A program made the translations under genes and the position numbers. A DNA stretch of 64,000 bases from an uncultured delta proteobacterium (GTDB lineage: Bacteria > Desulfobacterota > Binatia > UBA9968): NCBI GenBank assembly GCA_963727625.1, contig CAVSHR010000012.1, positions 480,001-544,000 on the forward strand, in the 5' to 3' direction. Shown piece after piece: positions 51,269 through 60,135 of this stretch. The notes beneath the pieces were generated by a model, which made no database searches, was not told where the DNA came from, and saw only the letters and a list, made by a program, of their open reading frames with translations. How positions within the stretch are numbered: position 1 is the first letter of the stretch; each line of letters begins with the position of its first letter.

Positions 51269-52063
51269 TTATCGAACCACCGGCCAATAGCGTCCCCGCC
51301 GCTTCATAACCGTGAGTGAAACTCCGTAAAGATCTTTCAACACCCCCGGCTTGAGCACTTTGCTCGTTGGTCCGGCATGCAGCACCTTGCCGTCCCGCAG
51401 CACCAGTGTATGGCCGAACAGCGGCAGGATCTCTTCGATATGGTGCGTGACGTAAATCAGCGCCGGAAGGTTTTTTTGCCGGCCGAGCCGGGCCAGCGAG
51501 GCAAGGAATTTTTCCCGCGCACCCGGATCCATGCCGGCGCAGGGCTCGTCGAGAATGATCAGATAGGGTTTCGTCATGCGCGCCCGCGCGATTAGAATTT
51601 TTTGCTGCTCGCCTTGTGACAGAGTGCCAAACTCTTGTTCGCTTAACTGCGCGCCGCCGAGTTCGCTCAAATAGCGCCGCGCGCAGGCGTAATCTCGACG
51701 ATTCGCCTGTCCCCAGAAACCACCCAGGTAACCGACCTGCGCAAACCTGCCCGACACCACCGTGTTGAGCGCTTTTTCTCGCGGCGGGATTTCGCTCGCT
51801 AAAGTCGCCGTCACCCAACCGATGCTTTTGCGCAGCTCAGGTAAGTAAGTCAGATCCTTTCCCTTGCGCAGAACCACCCCGCCGGCGTTCGGCCACAGAT
51901 AGCCGCACGCCAATTTCAAAAGCGTCGTCTTGCCCGAGCCGTTGGGACCGAGAATCGCCCAATGCTCGCCGCCTGCGACCGTCCAATCAATGGCATCGAG
52001 AATTTTTTTGCCGTCGGCGACGTAGGAAACGTCGCGCAGTTCGAGCGCAGCGGTTTTTTTCAT
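51269..52063 (-). CDS. ABC ATP-binding protein (ModF/YlmA-like)
   Basis: GEHWAILGPNGSGKT, LSQGEQQ and VTHHIEEI motifs. Confidence 0.9.
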   Translation of the reverse strand: MKKTAALELRDVSYVADGKKILDAIDWTVAGGEHWAILGPNGSGKTTLLKLACGYLWPNAGGVVLRKGKDLTYLPELRKSIGWVTATLASEIPPREKALNTVVSGRFAQVGYLGGFWGQANRRDYACARRYLSELGGAQLSEQEFGTLSQGEQQKILIARARMTKPYLIILDEPCAGMDPGAREKFLASLARLGRQKNLPALIYVTHHIEEILPLFGHTLVLRDGKVLHAGPTSKVLKPGVLKDLYGVSLTVMKRRGRYWPVVR

Positions 52064-52197
52064 CGGTGAGTCTCTTGCCGATGAAAGTGAACGGAAACGA
52101 CGCGGTTTTCAACGGGGCGAGGAGCGATCAGGAAAAAAATGGCGCTCCAGTCCGAAGCCGCGCTCCAGCCGCCGAACGCGCCAGCGCCCCCCATCGA

Positions 52198-53463
52198 TCA
52201 CTGCGGCGCGACAGCAGCGCCGGCGCGGACCATCTCCACGACCGCGGCTCGGCGCAGGTCAACCACCGCCACTTCATCCGATCGCTCACAACCGACAAAG
52301 GCCAACTCGCCGTCAGGGCTGAATGAAATATGCGCCGGCGCGCCGCCGACGGCGAGACGTGCTCGTGTTTCGTGGGCGTGGGCGTCGATAATACCGACGC
52401 TTGCTTCGCCGGTGTGCGACACGACAATCCACTTGCCGTCCGGACTCGGGGCGAAAAAATGCGGATAAATGCCGACCGGGATGGTCCCGATAACGCGATG
52501 ATTCATGCAATCCCACACCGTCAGATCGTCGGACGCAAAATTAGCCACGTAACCGCAGCGCCCATCCGGGCTGAGCGCAGGCAAATGCGCGCCTTTGCCC
52601 GCCGGAATTCTCGCCACGACTTCGTGATCGCTGGTGTTGACGACCGTCACATCATCCGAAACAGAATTGGCCACGTAGGCGAAGCGGCTCTCCGGGTCGA
52701 ACGCGATGTGCCCAGGTCCCAATCCGACTTTGACTTCGCCGGTTACGGAATAATCCCGCCCATCGATCACGGTCACTGTATGCGAAGCGGAGTTGGGCTG
52801 GTAAGCCCAGCGACCGCCCGGAGAAACCGCGATGTCGTGCGGCGCCTTGCCGACCGGCACGGTCCCGCGAAGATCTCCGCCGCTGCCGATCACCGTCACG
52901 CTGCTACCCGGCCCGCTCGGCAGGTAAACGCAATCTCCATCCGGCGCTACACAAGGCAGCAATGGGCGCGAGCCCGTCGTTGCCGTCGTGATCACGGTAT
53001 CGCTCGTCGTGTCGATGATCGTGACATCGTTGGAGCCGCTGTTGGCGACGTACAGGCGTTCGCCGTCGTGCGACAATTCCAAATGCGACGGATCGTCGCC
53101 CGCGGCAATATGCTTGATTACCTTGCGCGATGCGCCGTCGATCACCGCGACACGATTGTCCGTCGTATTCGAGTAGACGCGCCCATCGCGATGACTCACG
53201 ACGGAATGAGCCCCGCGCAAACCCAACCGCGGCGTTGAACCGTCCGGATAAAGCACTAGAGCAAAAGAATCGTCGCCGCGTTCGAGCATCACCCGATAAC
53301 CGCGTTCAAGCATCGAGATATACTGGCGCACAGGAAGAGCGCCGACCCGCGCCCGGACAATGGCGTTTTGGCCGCGCAACGCAACATATTGTTCTTGCAG
53401 TCGAGCGACCTGTTGGTCAGGCGCGAGTGCGCCAAGATCGAGATGAACGGTTTGCGAAGACAT
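52198..53463 (-). CDS. YVTN/YncE-type beta-propeller with extra N-terminal domain
   Basis: Eight repeats of G-x-x-P/A-..-(S)PDG..YVAN..S..VTVID; no signal peptide. Confidence 0.88.
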   Translation of the reverse strand: MSSQTVHLDLGALAPDQQVARLQEQYVALRGQNAIVRARVGALPVRQYISMLERGYRVMLERGDDSFALVLYPDGSTPRLGLRGAHSVVSHRDGRVYSNTTDNRVAVIDGASRKVIKHIAAGDDPSHLELSHDGERLYVANSGSNDVTIIDTTSDTVITTATTGSRPLLPCVAPDGDCVYLPSGPGSSVTVIGSGGDLRGTVPVGKAPHDIAVSPGGRWAYQPNSASHTVTVIDGRDYSVTGEVKVGLGPGHIAFDPESRFAYVANSVSDDVTVVNTSDHEVVARIPAGKGAHLPALSPDGRCGYVANFASDDLTVWDCMNHRVIGTIPVGIYPHFFAPSPDGKWIVVSHTGEASVGIIDAHAHETRARLAVGGAPAHISFSPDGELAFVGCERSDEVAVVDLRRAAVVEMVRAGAAVAPQ

Positions 53464-53499
53464 GGGGGAGACCCGTTGGCGGACTGGAGCGATAAATTT

Positions 53500-53553
53500 T
53501 TGGAGTGTCGGAGCCTACCCATCCTCCCATGACTCCGGACTCCATCACTCCAA
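53500..53553. repeat. Intergenic inverted repeat of 8-bp-period TGGAGTRA-type units
   Basis: TTGGAGTGTCGGAG ... CCATCCTC CCATGACT CCGGACT CCATCACT CCAA. Confidence 0.65.
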
Positions 53554-53561
53554 TTTTTTTC

Positions 53562-54560
53562 CTATTGCTTGAACCTCGTGAACACCTGCTCGGCGTTTTT
53601 GTGAAAGACTTTCGCCTTGTCCTCCGCCGTAAGCCACGGGATACTTTCAATGTTAGGCCGCACATCGTCGTACCATTTGCCGGTGCGCGGATCGGTCTTC
53701 GAGCCCGCCCCCGGCCGTTCCGTGCCGAAAAGACAACGTTCGGGGCCGCAGATGCGGAAGAGCAGCTTCAATGACTCGACGTTGTAGAGCGCGCTGTCGA
53801 AATAGAGCTGCTTCAGTCTTTGGTCGAAAGTCTCCGTGTCGTTGGGACCGCGCAGCTGGGAGCGCCAGCGGCCGACTTGATAGGGCACCGAGCCGCCGCC
53901 ATGCGAGATGATCAGCTTCAGCTTGGGAAAATCTTGAAACACTTTGGAGTCGACCAGGGACAGGATCGCAATGCTCTCTTCGGTGATGAAGTGGCCGTGG
54001 AACGACTCGCGCGGATTTTTGCAGCTCGCCCCGTGCACGAGGCCGGGTACGTCCATCTTCACCATCTTCTCGTAAAGAGGATACCAGTATTCGTTGCCCA
54101 TCGCCGGCGTTTGCCCGTCGCCCTCGCCGGGATCGGGGTTGATCATGATGCCGACGAAGCCTAGATCATTGATGCAGCGATCGATTTCTTCGAACGTGTT
54201 TGTCACCGGCACCCCGGCGTTCTGGGGCAGGCCGCCGATGGCGCGAAATTTCTTCGGTTCCATTTTGACCTGCAATGCCAACGCATCATTCACCGCCTGG
54301 CAGTACCAGTGCACGATCTTCTCCGGTTTCGCCGAATGCATCATCGTGTAAGGTCGCGGCGAGATAAACGCGAAATCCGTGCCAACCTCGTCCAAGACTT
54401 CGGAATGTTTATGGCCGTGCCACTTTGCCTCTTGAATATGCTTCTCCGTTACCACGCTGGTGCTGCGCGGGCGATGAAACCCGGCGCTGTTGATCAAACC
54501 GGCTTGAAAGGTCTGGAGCTGCTCGCCGGCAACGATATGGTTGTGAATGTCGATAATCAT
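53562..54560 (-). CDS. Amidohydrolase, 4-oxalomesaconate hydratase (LigJ)-like
   Basis: IIDIHNH, SPRP..M.H, NPDP, WYPLYEKMV, HGGGSVPYQ.GR and LFGTE motifs. Confidence 0.82.
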   Translation of the reverse strand: MIIDIHNHIVAGEQLQTFQAGLINSAGFHRPRSTSVVTEKHIQEAKWHGHKHSEVLDEVGTDFAFISPRPYTMMHSAKPEKIVHWYCQAVNDALALQVKMEPKKFRAIGGLPQNAGVPVTNTFEEIDRCINDLGFVGIMINPDPGEGDGQTPAMGNEYWYPLYEKMVKMDVPGLVHGASCKNPRESFHGHFITEESIAILSLVDSKVFQDFPKLKLIISHGGGSVPYQVGRWRSQLRGPNDTETFDQRLKQLYFDSALYNVESLKLLFRICGPERCLFGTERPGAGSKTDPRTGKWYDDVRPNIESIPWLTAEDKAKVFHKNAEQVFTRFKQ

Positions 54561-54632
54561 GACAAAGTCCTTTCCAACAAAATTGCATCTTACCTATCAG
54601 AGACCGGCGACCGGCGGCAAGACGGGATGAAA

Positions 54633-54723
54633 CCGGAGCTATGGAGTAATGGAGTACCGGAGGGATGGGTTCAGAAACACTTCCCAACACTCGATTACTC
54701 CAACGCTCCATCATTCCGTTCCA
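54633..54723. repeat. Inverted repeat of 8-bp-period TGGAGTAA-type units
   Basis: CCGGAGCT ATGGAGTA ATGGAGTA CCGGAGGG ATGG ... CCAACACT CGATTACT CCAACGCT CCATCATT CC. It contains the MFS stop codon. Confidence 0.75.
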
Positions 54724-56023
54724 CTCTCCGTGGCGGCCGTAGCAACAAACTCAAAAACGCCGAGGTGATCAGCGCGCAACCGAACAGCGCAAAGGAAACT
54801 CCGTAGCCGCCGGTGGCGTCGAAGAGAAAGCCGAAAAACGGCGGCCCCATGGCAGCGAGCACCTGAGAAATCAGCAAACCCATGCCGCGAATTCTTCCGA
54901 GCGAGCGGCGCCCGAAGTAATTGGCCCATAAGAAATCGGGCAAGACCATATTGCCGCCGAGGCCGATGCCGTAGAGAAAAAATCCGATATAAAGGCAAGC
55001 GAGGTTGCTCGTGGAGATCGCCAGCGCCAGACCGATGCCTTGAATGACAAATCGCAGCATGGCCGCGATGCGGGCGTCCAGTCGCTCGACAAGAAATCCC
55101 CAGACAAGCGGCGAAGCCAACTGCATGGAGGCAATCACGCTCATCACGGTGGCGGCAATCACCGGCGAATGGCCGAGGTCCGTTACGTACGGATACACAT
55201 GCAGGTTGAGGCCGGTCACGCCAATGCTGGAAATGCCGAAGGTCACCACCAGTAGCCAAAAGGTTTTCGTGCGCACCGCCTCGGCGCGCGTCCAGACAGT
55301 GTTCGAAGCCTTAACCAAGTCCTCTTCCCAACTTTTTTTACTTGTTGGGATCGATTTATCTTGGATCGTCGGTTCAGCATCTCCATCCGGACGAAGCCCC
55401 ATATCCTCGGGGGTCCGCCGCACCACAAAAAGCGCCGGCAACACCAACAAGGCCGCCGTCAGAACGCCGAAGACCACCCAAGTTTGGCGCCAACCGAGGG
55501 TCAACAGAAGCCAGGCCGCGACCACCGGCATGCAGACCTTGGCGAAGCCCACGCCCATGCTCGTGAATGCCATTGCACGGCCGCGCCGGCGCACAAACCA
55601 CTGGGAAACGACCACGTTGACGACCATGGAGCCCATCAGCGCATCGCCGAAGGTCACCAACGTCAGACGAATGGCGGCGAATTGACCGAAGCTCTCCACA
55701 TGGCCGAGAATCAGATAGCCCAAGCCGACGATCACCGCGCCGAGCGCCATCAGCACGCGACCGCCGTGGCGGTCCACCAGCGTGCCGACCAGCGGCGCCA
55801 GACCGGCGCCGATCATGGCTTCGCCCGAGCGCAGCAAGGAAAACACGCCGCGGGAAATGCCCATCTCGGCGGTCAGGGGTTTGAGAAAAATACTGAGCGT
55901 GCTGGCGAGCGCGAACGAAGAAGCGACGTTGGCGAGAAAACCTACTCCGACGATATACCAACCGTAGAAAATACCCCGACTCTTCCGCTCCCGCTCCTCG
56001 CGCAACGCTCCTTTCACACCCAC
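54695..56023 (-). CDS. MFS transporter (OFA-like)
   Basis: FYGWYIV, GTLVDRHGGR, WFVRRRGRAM and YFGRRSLG motifs. Confidence 0.9.
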   Translation of the reverse strand: MGVKGALREERERKSRGIFYGWYIVGVGFLANVASSFALASTLSIFLKPLTAEMGISRGVFSLLRSGEAMIGAGLAPLVGTLVDRHGGRVLMALGAVIVGLGYLILGHVESFGQFAAIRLTLVTFGDALMGSMVVNVVVSQWFVRRRGRAMAFTSMGVGFAKVCMPVVAAWLLLTLGWRQTWVVFGVLTAALLVLPALFVVRRTPEDMGLRPDGDAEPTIQDKSIPTSKKSWEEDLVKASNTVWTRAEAVRTKTFWLLVVTFGISSIGVTGLNLHVYPYVTDLGHSPVIAATVMSVIASMQLASPLVWGFLVERLDARIAAMLRFVIQGIGLALAISTSNLACLYIGFFLYGIGLGGNMVLPDFLWANYFGRRSLGRIRGMGLLISQVLAAMGPPFFGFLFDATGGYGVSFALFGCALITSAFLSLLLRPPRRVERNDGALE

Positions 56024-56124
56024 GCTTTAGCAGGAAAACAGCGGCGCGCGCAATTCAAGCACAGCGATTGAAGATTTTTCTTGAAACCGTAAATGAGAGC
56101 AGTACGGCCGGATATTCCTAATCA

Positions 56125-56859
56125 TTAGCTCCTGTCCTTTTTACTTTCGATAAGCGCCTTGAGATTTTGAATCCGTTCGTCACCGCTTGGATGGCTTGAC
56201 AGAAACGGCAAGCGCAATCCTCGGTCGATTTTCAGAAATTTCTCTTGCAGCGTGATCGCCGCCCGCAGTTTGTAATGGTTGGCGCGCATGTAAGCGAGGC
56301 TGGCGGCGTCGGCTTCCCGCTCTTGCTCGCGGTTGTACGAGGAGTCGATCAGATTGACGCCGAGTCCGCTGACGAGCCCGGCCACCGGCACTCCCGCGGC
56401 GCTCAAGCCGACTCCGACCATGGTGCCGAGAGCATTGAGGGTGCTCATGCGCGTCTGTCCGGCATCCACGTGCCCCTTGGCCCAGTGCGCAGCCTCATGG
56501 CCGATCAACGCGGCGTACTCATCGACGTCGCCGCCGATCAATCGCACCATGCCGAGATTGATGCCAATCACTCTCTGCCCGTTGTTAATGATGCCGGCAA
56601 AAGCGTTGGGCCCTTCTCCGTCGACAATGTAAAGTTCGCTTTGCACCCCCGCGGACCGGTTGATGCGCAGGTGGGCGAGCATCATTTCCTGGATCGTTTG
56701 GGTCGAGACCGCCAGAGCGATTCGATGGTTTGGCGTGTGGAGTTCGAGCACAGGGCCCCGTTCCAGCACGACATCTTTGACGCGCCAGTAGTATTTTTGC
56801 CGCTGCATCGCGCATCCGGCGAAATTCACGGCGATGATCAATAAAATGAGCTTTTTCAT
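56125..56859 (-). CDS. M48 family Zn metallopeptidase lipoprotein
   Basis: Lipobox FAGC; PNAFA, HEAAH, EREAD and SSHP motifs. Confidence 0.92.
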   Translation of the reverse strand: MKKLILLIIAVNFAGCAMQRQKYYWRVKDVVLERGPVLELHTPNHRIALAVSTQTIQEMMLAHLRINRSAGVQSELYIVDGEGPNAFAGIINNGQRVIGINLGMVRLIGGDVDEYAALIGHEAAHWAKGHVDAGQTRMSTLNALGTMVGVGLSAAGVPVAGLVSGLGVNLIDSSYNREQEREADAASLAYMRANHYKLRAAITLQEKFLKIDRGLRLPFLSSHPSGDERIQNLKALIESKKDRS

Positions 56860-56967
56860 TCCCGTTGCATCTAAGCGATTTTATCGCGCCCGCGAGCGGA
56901 CCCTAGCCGCGCGCGACGATTTGCGTTAGCTTCACTTGTGCGAGCATTCTTGCCGAAAGGATCTTAT

Positions 56968-57681
56968 ATGAAAGCTTTTCTGTCCATATTGGGCATTTTA
57001 CTTCTGGTCGGTTCGACGGCTCAAGCACAGCAAAACAATAATCGCCCGAGACCGTCCACGGTTACGGTAAGCGGCGATGCGACGATTTCGGCTGAGCCCG
57101 ATCAGGCGCAAATCGACATCGGCGTCGTCACTCAAGCCCGCAGCGCGCCGGAAGCGTCGAAGGAAAACGCCGAACGGCTGACCCGCGTATTGGCCGAGAT
57201 CAGAAAGCGTTTGGGCAAAGGCGACGAAGTCAAAACCAGCGGCTACTCTCTCACGCCTAACTATCGCTACCCCCAGGGCGGCAAACCCGAGATCGTCGGC
57301 TACACCGCCAGCAACACCGTACGCATCGAGACAACCAATTTGGACCTCGTCGGCCGCCTGATCGACAGCGCCATGCAAGCGGGCGCCAACAACGTTCATC
57401 GTCTGGTCTTTACGCTGAAGGACGAGCAAGCCGTCCAGCTCGAAGCGCTGCGCGCGGCTTCGGCCAAAGCGAAAGCCAAAGCTGAGGCTATCGCCGCAGC
57501 ACTCGGGCTAAAAATTGTCCGCATCGCGTCGGTTAATGAAGGCGAGCGGGTCGTTCGACCGATCTACCGCCAAGCGCTGGCGGCGCGCGCCGATGCAGCG
57601 CCAGCGCGGACTCCGGTAGAACCGGGAACGGTTGAAATCCGCTCGACGCTGTCGATGACCGTGGAGGTGAGTGAAAAGTAA
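56968..57681 (+). CDS. SIMPL (DUF541) domain protein
   Basis: Signal peptide; VTVSG..PDQA, GYTASN and AGAN motifs. Confidence 0.92.
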   Translation: MKAFLSILGILLLVGSTAQAQQNNNRPRPSTVTVSGDATISAEPDQAQIDIGVVTQARSAPEASKENAERLTRVLAEIRKRLGKGDEVKTSGYSLTPNYRYPQGGKPEIVGYTASNTVRIETTNLDLVGRLIDSAMQAGANNVHRLVFTLKDEQAVQLEALRAASAKAKAKAEAIAAALGLKIVRIASVNEGERVVRPIYRQALAARADAAPARTPVEPGTVEIRSTLSMTVEVSEK

Positions 57682-57699
57682 ACACGAAGCTTCTGTGGA

Positions 57700-58081
57700 T
57701 AAGTCCTATTTCGCGCTTCGCTAAACCCGGGGTCGCTCTTTGAGGCGGCATGCCGATTGGCCCGACGTTTCTCTTAATCACTTCCGCCAGCGTCCGATTG
57801 GCCCGCGTCGGCCAAACGGCCCTCAGCACGCTGACGGAATAGCTCGTGTCGGTCATGTTCGCCGCGCCTTCGGCGACGCGCTGGGCTTTCTCGAACAGGG
57901 CGCGGATTTTTTCCGCCGTGGCCCCGCAGAAGAACCAGCCGACCGATGATTTATTGGGAATGACATTGGGCTGATCGCCGCCGTTGGTGATCGCGCGATG
58001 ACTGCAATGGCTCGGCTCCAGATGCTCGCGCAGCTTGTCCCAACCGATGTCCATCAACACCACCGCGTCCAGCGCATCCTT
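57700..58081 (-). pseudogene. Internal fragment of an AbgB-like M20 amidohydrolase
   Basis: DALDAVVLMDIGWDKLREH...ITNGGDQPNVIP; both termini are missing. Confidence 0.7.
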
Positions 58082-58097
58082 ATTCTTTCAATGATTC

Positions 58098-58979
58098 TTA
58101 CCCCTCAAATTTCCCCGGATCTTTGTAATAGTGTTTGTAGTACCACTCGGCGATCTCCCAGCCCGTCGCGCGCCACACGCCGTCGTGCGAACACATGTAA
58201 TCGAGCGCCTTGTCGAGATACTTGATCCGAAACGGCATGCCGATCACGAAAGGATGAAGTGGCAAACATAATACCCGTCCGCCTGATTCACTGTCTTTGT
58301 AAAGCGTGTCGAAATGGTCGCGAACCATCCGATAGTATTGCTCCGGTGTGTGACCTTCGCGGATAAACACGCGGATGTCGTTGACGCCCAACTCATAAGG
58401 CACGACGATCATGCGGCCGCTTTTGACGCGCATCGGTGTCGGCTGCTCGTCATTGCCCCAGTCGCAGACATACTCAAATCCCTCTGCTGCTAAATGATCC
58501 GGCGTGTCGGCCGTTTCGCCCAGACCGGGCCCGAGCCAGCCCTTCGGCGCTTTGCCCGTCGCCGCGGTGATGATCTCTTTCACTTTGCGGATGATCGAGC
58601 GCTCTTCTTCGGGTTTGTAATCGAGCATCGAGACGCTGTTGGTCATGCCGTGGCCGAGCCACTCCCACTTGCGTTTGTTGCCGGCTTCGATGATCGGCGG
58701 GTGTTGCTCGCAGACTTCGGCGTTCAGCAGCACGCTGGCGCGGATATTGTATTTGTCCAGCACGTCCATGATCCGAAATACGCCCACGCGGGAGCCGTAA
58801 TCGCGGAGCGTGTAGCCGGGCACATCGGGCGTATGGTTGCTGCCCGAGCCGCGAACCGGCATGTCAAAGTGAAAATACTCGATATTCGGCGCCACCCAAA
58901 GCGCGATGCGGCCGTGATTCGGCCATTCGATTTTAGGCCGGCGAATTATCGGCGAATAATCGTAGCGGCGATTAATCAT
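58098..58979 (-). CDS. Polysaccharide deacetylase family protein (PuuE-like)
   Basis: YSPI.RP, RDYGSRVG, GHG, GWLGP and LHPF motifs. Confidence 0.92.
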   Translation of the reverse strand: MINRRYDYSPIIRRPKIEWPNHGRIALWVAPNIEYFHFDMPVRGSGSNHTPDVPGYTLRDYGSRVGVFRIMDVLDKYNIRASVLLNAEVCEQHPPIIEAGNKRKWEWLGHGMTNSVSMLDYKPEEERSIIRKVKEIITAATGKAPKGWLGPGLGETADTPDHLAAEGFEYVCDWGNDEQPTPMRVKSGRMIVVPYELGVNDIRVFIREGHTPEQYYRMVRDHFDTLYKDSESGGRVLCLPLHPFVIGMPFRIKYLDKALDYMCSHDGVWRATGWEIAEWYYKHYYKDPGKFEG

Positions 58980-59070
58980 TGAATCGAGACTCCTGTCTAA
59001 TTGGTATCTGAACCCACAACTTATGCCAGCAGGCAAAACCGCGTCAAGCCGCCGCTCACATCGGATCGGT

Positions 59071-59102
59071 AAAAAAAAGGGGGGGAAGTTCCTTCCGCCC
59101 CT
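59071..59102 (-). terminator. Rho-independent terminator of the peroxiredoxin-glutaredoxin operon
   Basis: The minus strand reads AGGGGCGGAAG GAA CTTCCCCCCC followed by T8. Confidence 0.75.
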
Positions 59103-59131
59103 CACCGGTCGCATCCCTTGACGACGCCGTG

Positions 59132-59371
59132 TTACAAAAATTTTCCCACAAGAAATTGGTTGATCTCCTCGGAGCCTTTCAACGGCTTGCCGTCGACCAC
59201 CAGAACCGGAACGGTCTTCGTGCCCGTGAGCACGATGAGCTGTTGCTCGTATTCGGGATTTTCCCGAATATTTTTTTTGATGATTTTTTCTTCGCAATGA
59301 AGATTGGTCATGCAATTGAGCACGCTCTGGGAGAAACCGCATTCGTTGTAGAAGTAAAGTTCCATCGCCAT
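59132..59371 (-). CDS. Small glutaredoxin-like protein with CGFS motif
   Basis: ELYFYNECGFS, cis-Pro motif TVPVLVVDG and SEEI. Confidence 0.85.
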   Translation of the reverse strand: MAMELYFYNECGFSQSVLNCMTNLHCEEKIIKKNIRENPEYEQQLIVLTGTKTVPVLVVDGKPLKGSEEINQFLVGKFL

Positions 59372-59402
59372 TTTTGAATCCAACAGAATCGGAGAAAAGA
59401 TT

Positions 59403-59481
59403 TCTCCCGCCAAGTCGCTAAGTCAATGAAAAGATCTATGCTCTAAAGCTTTTATTCTTTCCTTAGCGTCTTTGCGGGAGA
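59403..59481. repeat. Intergenic inverted repeat of about 9-bp-period CGC(C/A)AAG units
   Basis: TCTCCCGCCAAGTCGCTAAG vs reverse complement TCTCCCGCAAAGACGCTAAG (18/20), with an AT-rich spacer. Confidence 0.75.
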
Positions 59482-59500
59482 TATTTCTTGGCCTATTTCT

Positions 59501-59971
59501 TTACCCCTTGTTGACCTTCTGGCATTCGGCCAAGAGGTCCTTGGGGTTGCGTTCCCCCGCCGGAGTCACCGAGGCCGCGTAGCGCACTACGCCTTGCTTG
59601 TCGATGATGACCGTAGCACGGTCCGTGATCCCCTTATCCTCGATATACACGCCATACTTTTTTGCCACATCCCCCTTGGGGTGGAAATCCTGCAGCAGCG
59701 GAAACGATATGCCGCCCAGCGATTTCGCCCAATTGTCGTGGGAGAATCTGCTGTCCACACTCACACCCAAAACTTGGGTGTCACAGGCCTTGAACTCGTC
59801 CCTGAGGGCTTCGAGACCAGGCACTTCCTTGCTTCAAGTCGGCGTCCAATCCAGGGGATAGAACACCAACATGACGTTTTTTTGCCCCTTGAACTGGCCG
59901 AGGGAAAACTTGGTTCCCGCCAAATGGCTGGCCAGTTCGAAGTCCGGCGCTGTTTTACCGATCTCAATCAT
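59501..59971 (-). CDS. Selenocysteine-containing peroxiredoxin (AhpC/TSA, AhpE-like)
   Basis: MIEIGKTAPDFEL...VFYPLDWTPT-TGA-SKEVPGL... The in-frame TGA (59834-59836, codon 46) sits at the peroxidatic Cys of PxxxTxxC. AAGGAG RBS; conserved Arg in DRAT. Confidence 0.88.
59798..59824 (-). promoter_or_regulatory. Candidate bacterial SECIS hairpin
   Basis: GTGCCTG-GTCTCGAAGCCCT-CAGGGAC starts 10 nt after the UGA and contains GGTCT. Folded by eye only. Confidence 0.45.
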
Positions 59972-60135
59972 GTTGTTCACTCCTTCTAAAAAAGTTGAGC
60001 GTCCGCAGGAACGCTCAACTTTAAGTATAAACGCTAAGACGCGATATTCAACTTTGCCGCGTGATGGACCGACGATTAATTTTAAGATTTTCTGATTATT
60101 GATTGAAAAAGCCGAGCCAGCGGCGCGCCCGTCGC

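Noticed and set aside
52330-53238. Long antisense or alternate-frame ORFs (also 22982-23737, 27348-28175, 55361-56071)
   Set aside because: These are shadow ORFs of well-supported GC-rich genes and have no motifs.
58980-59342. 121-aa N-terminal extension of the deacetylase ORF
   Set aside because: It overlaps the glutaredoxin gene and a terminator, and family homology starts at 58979.
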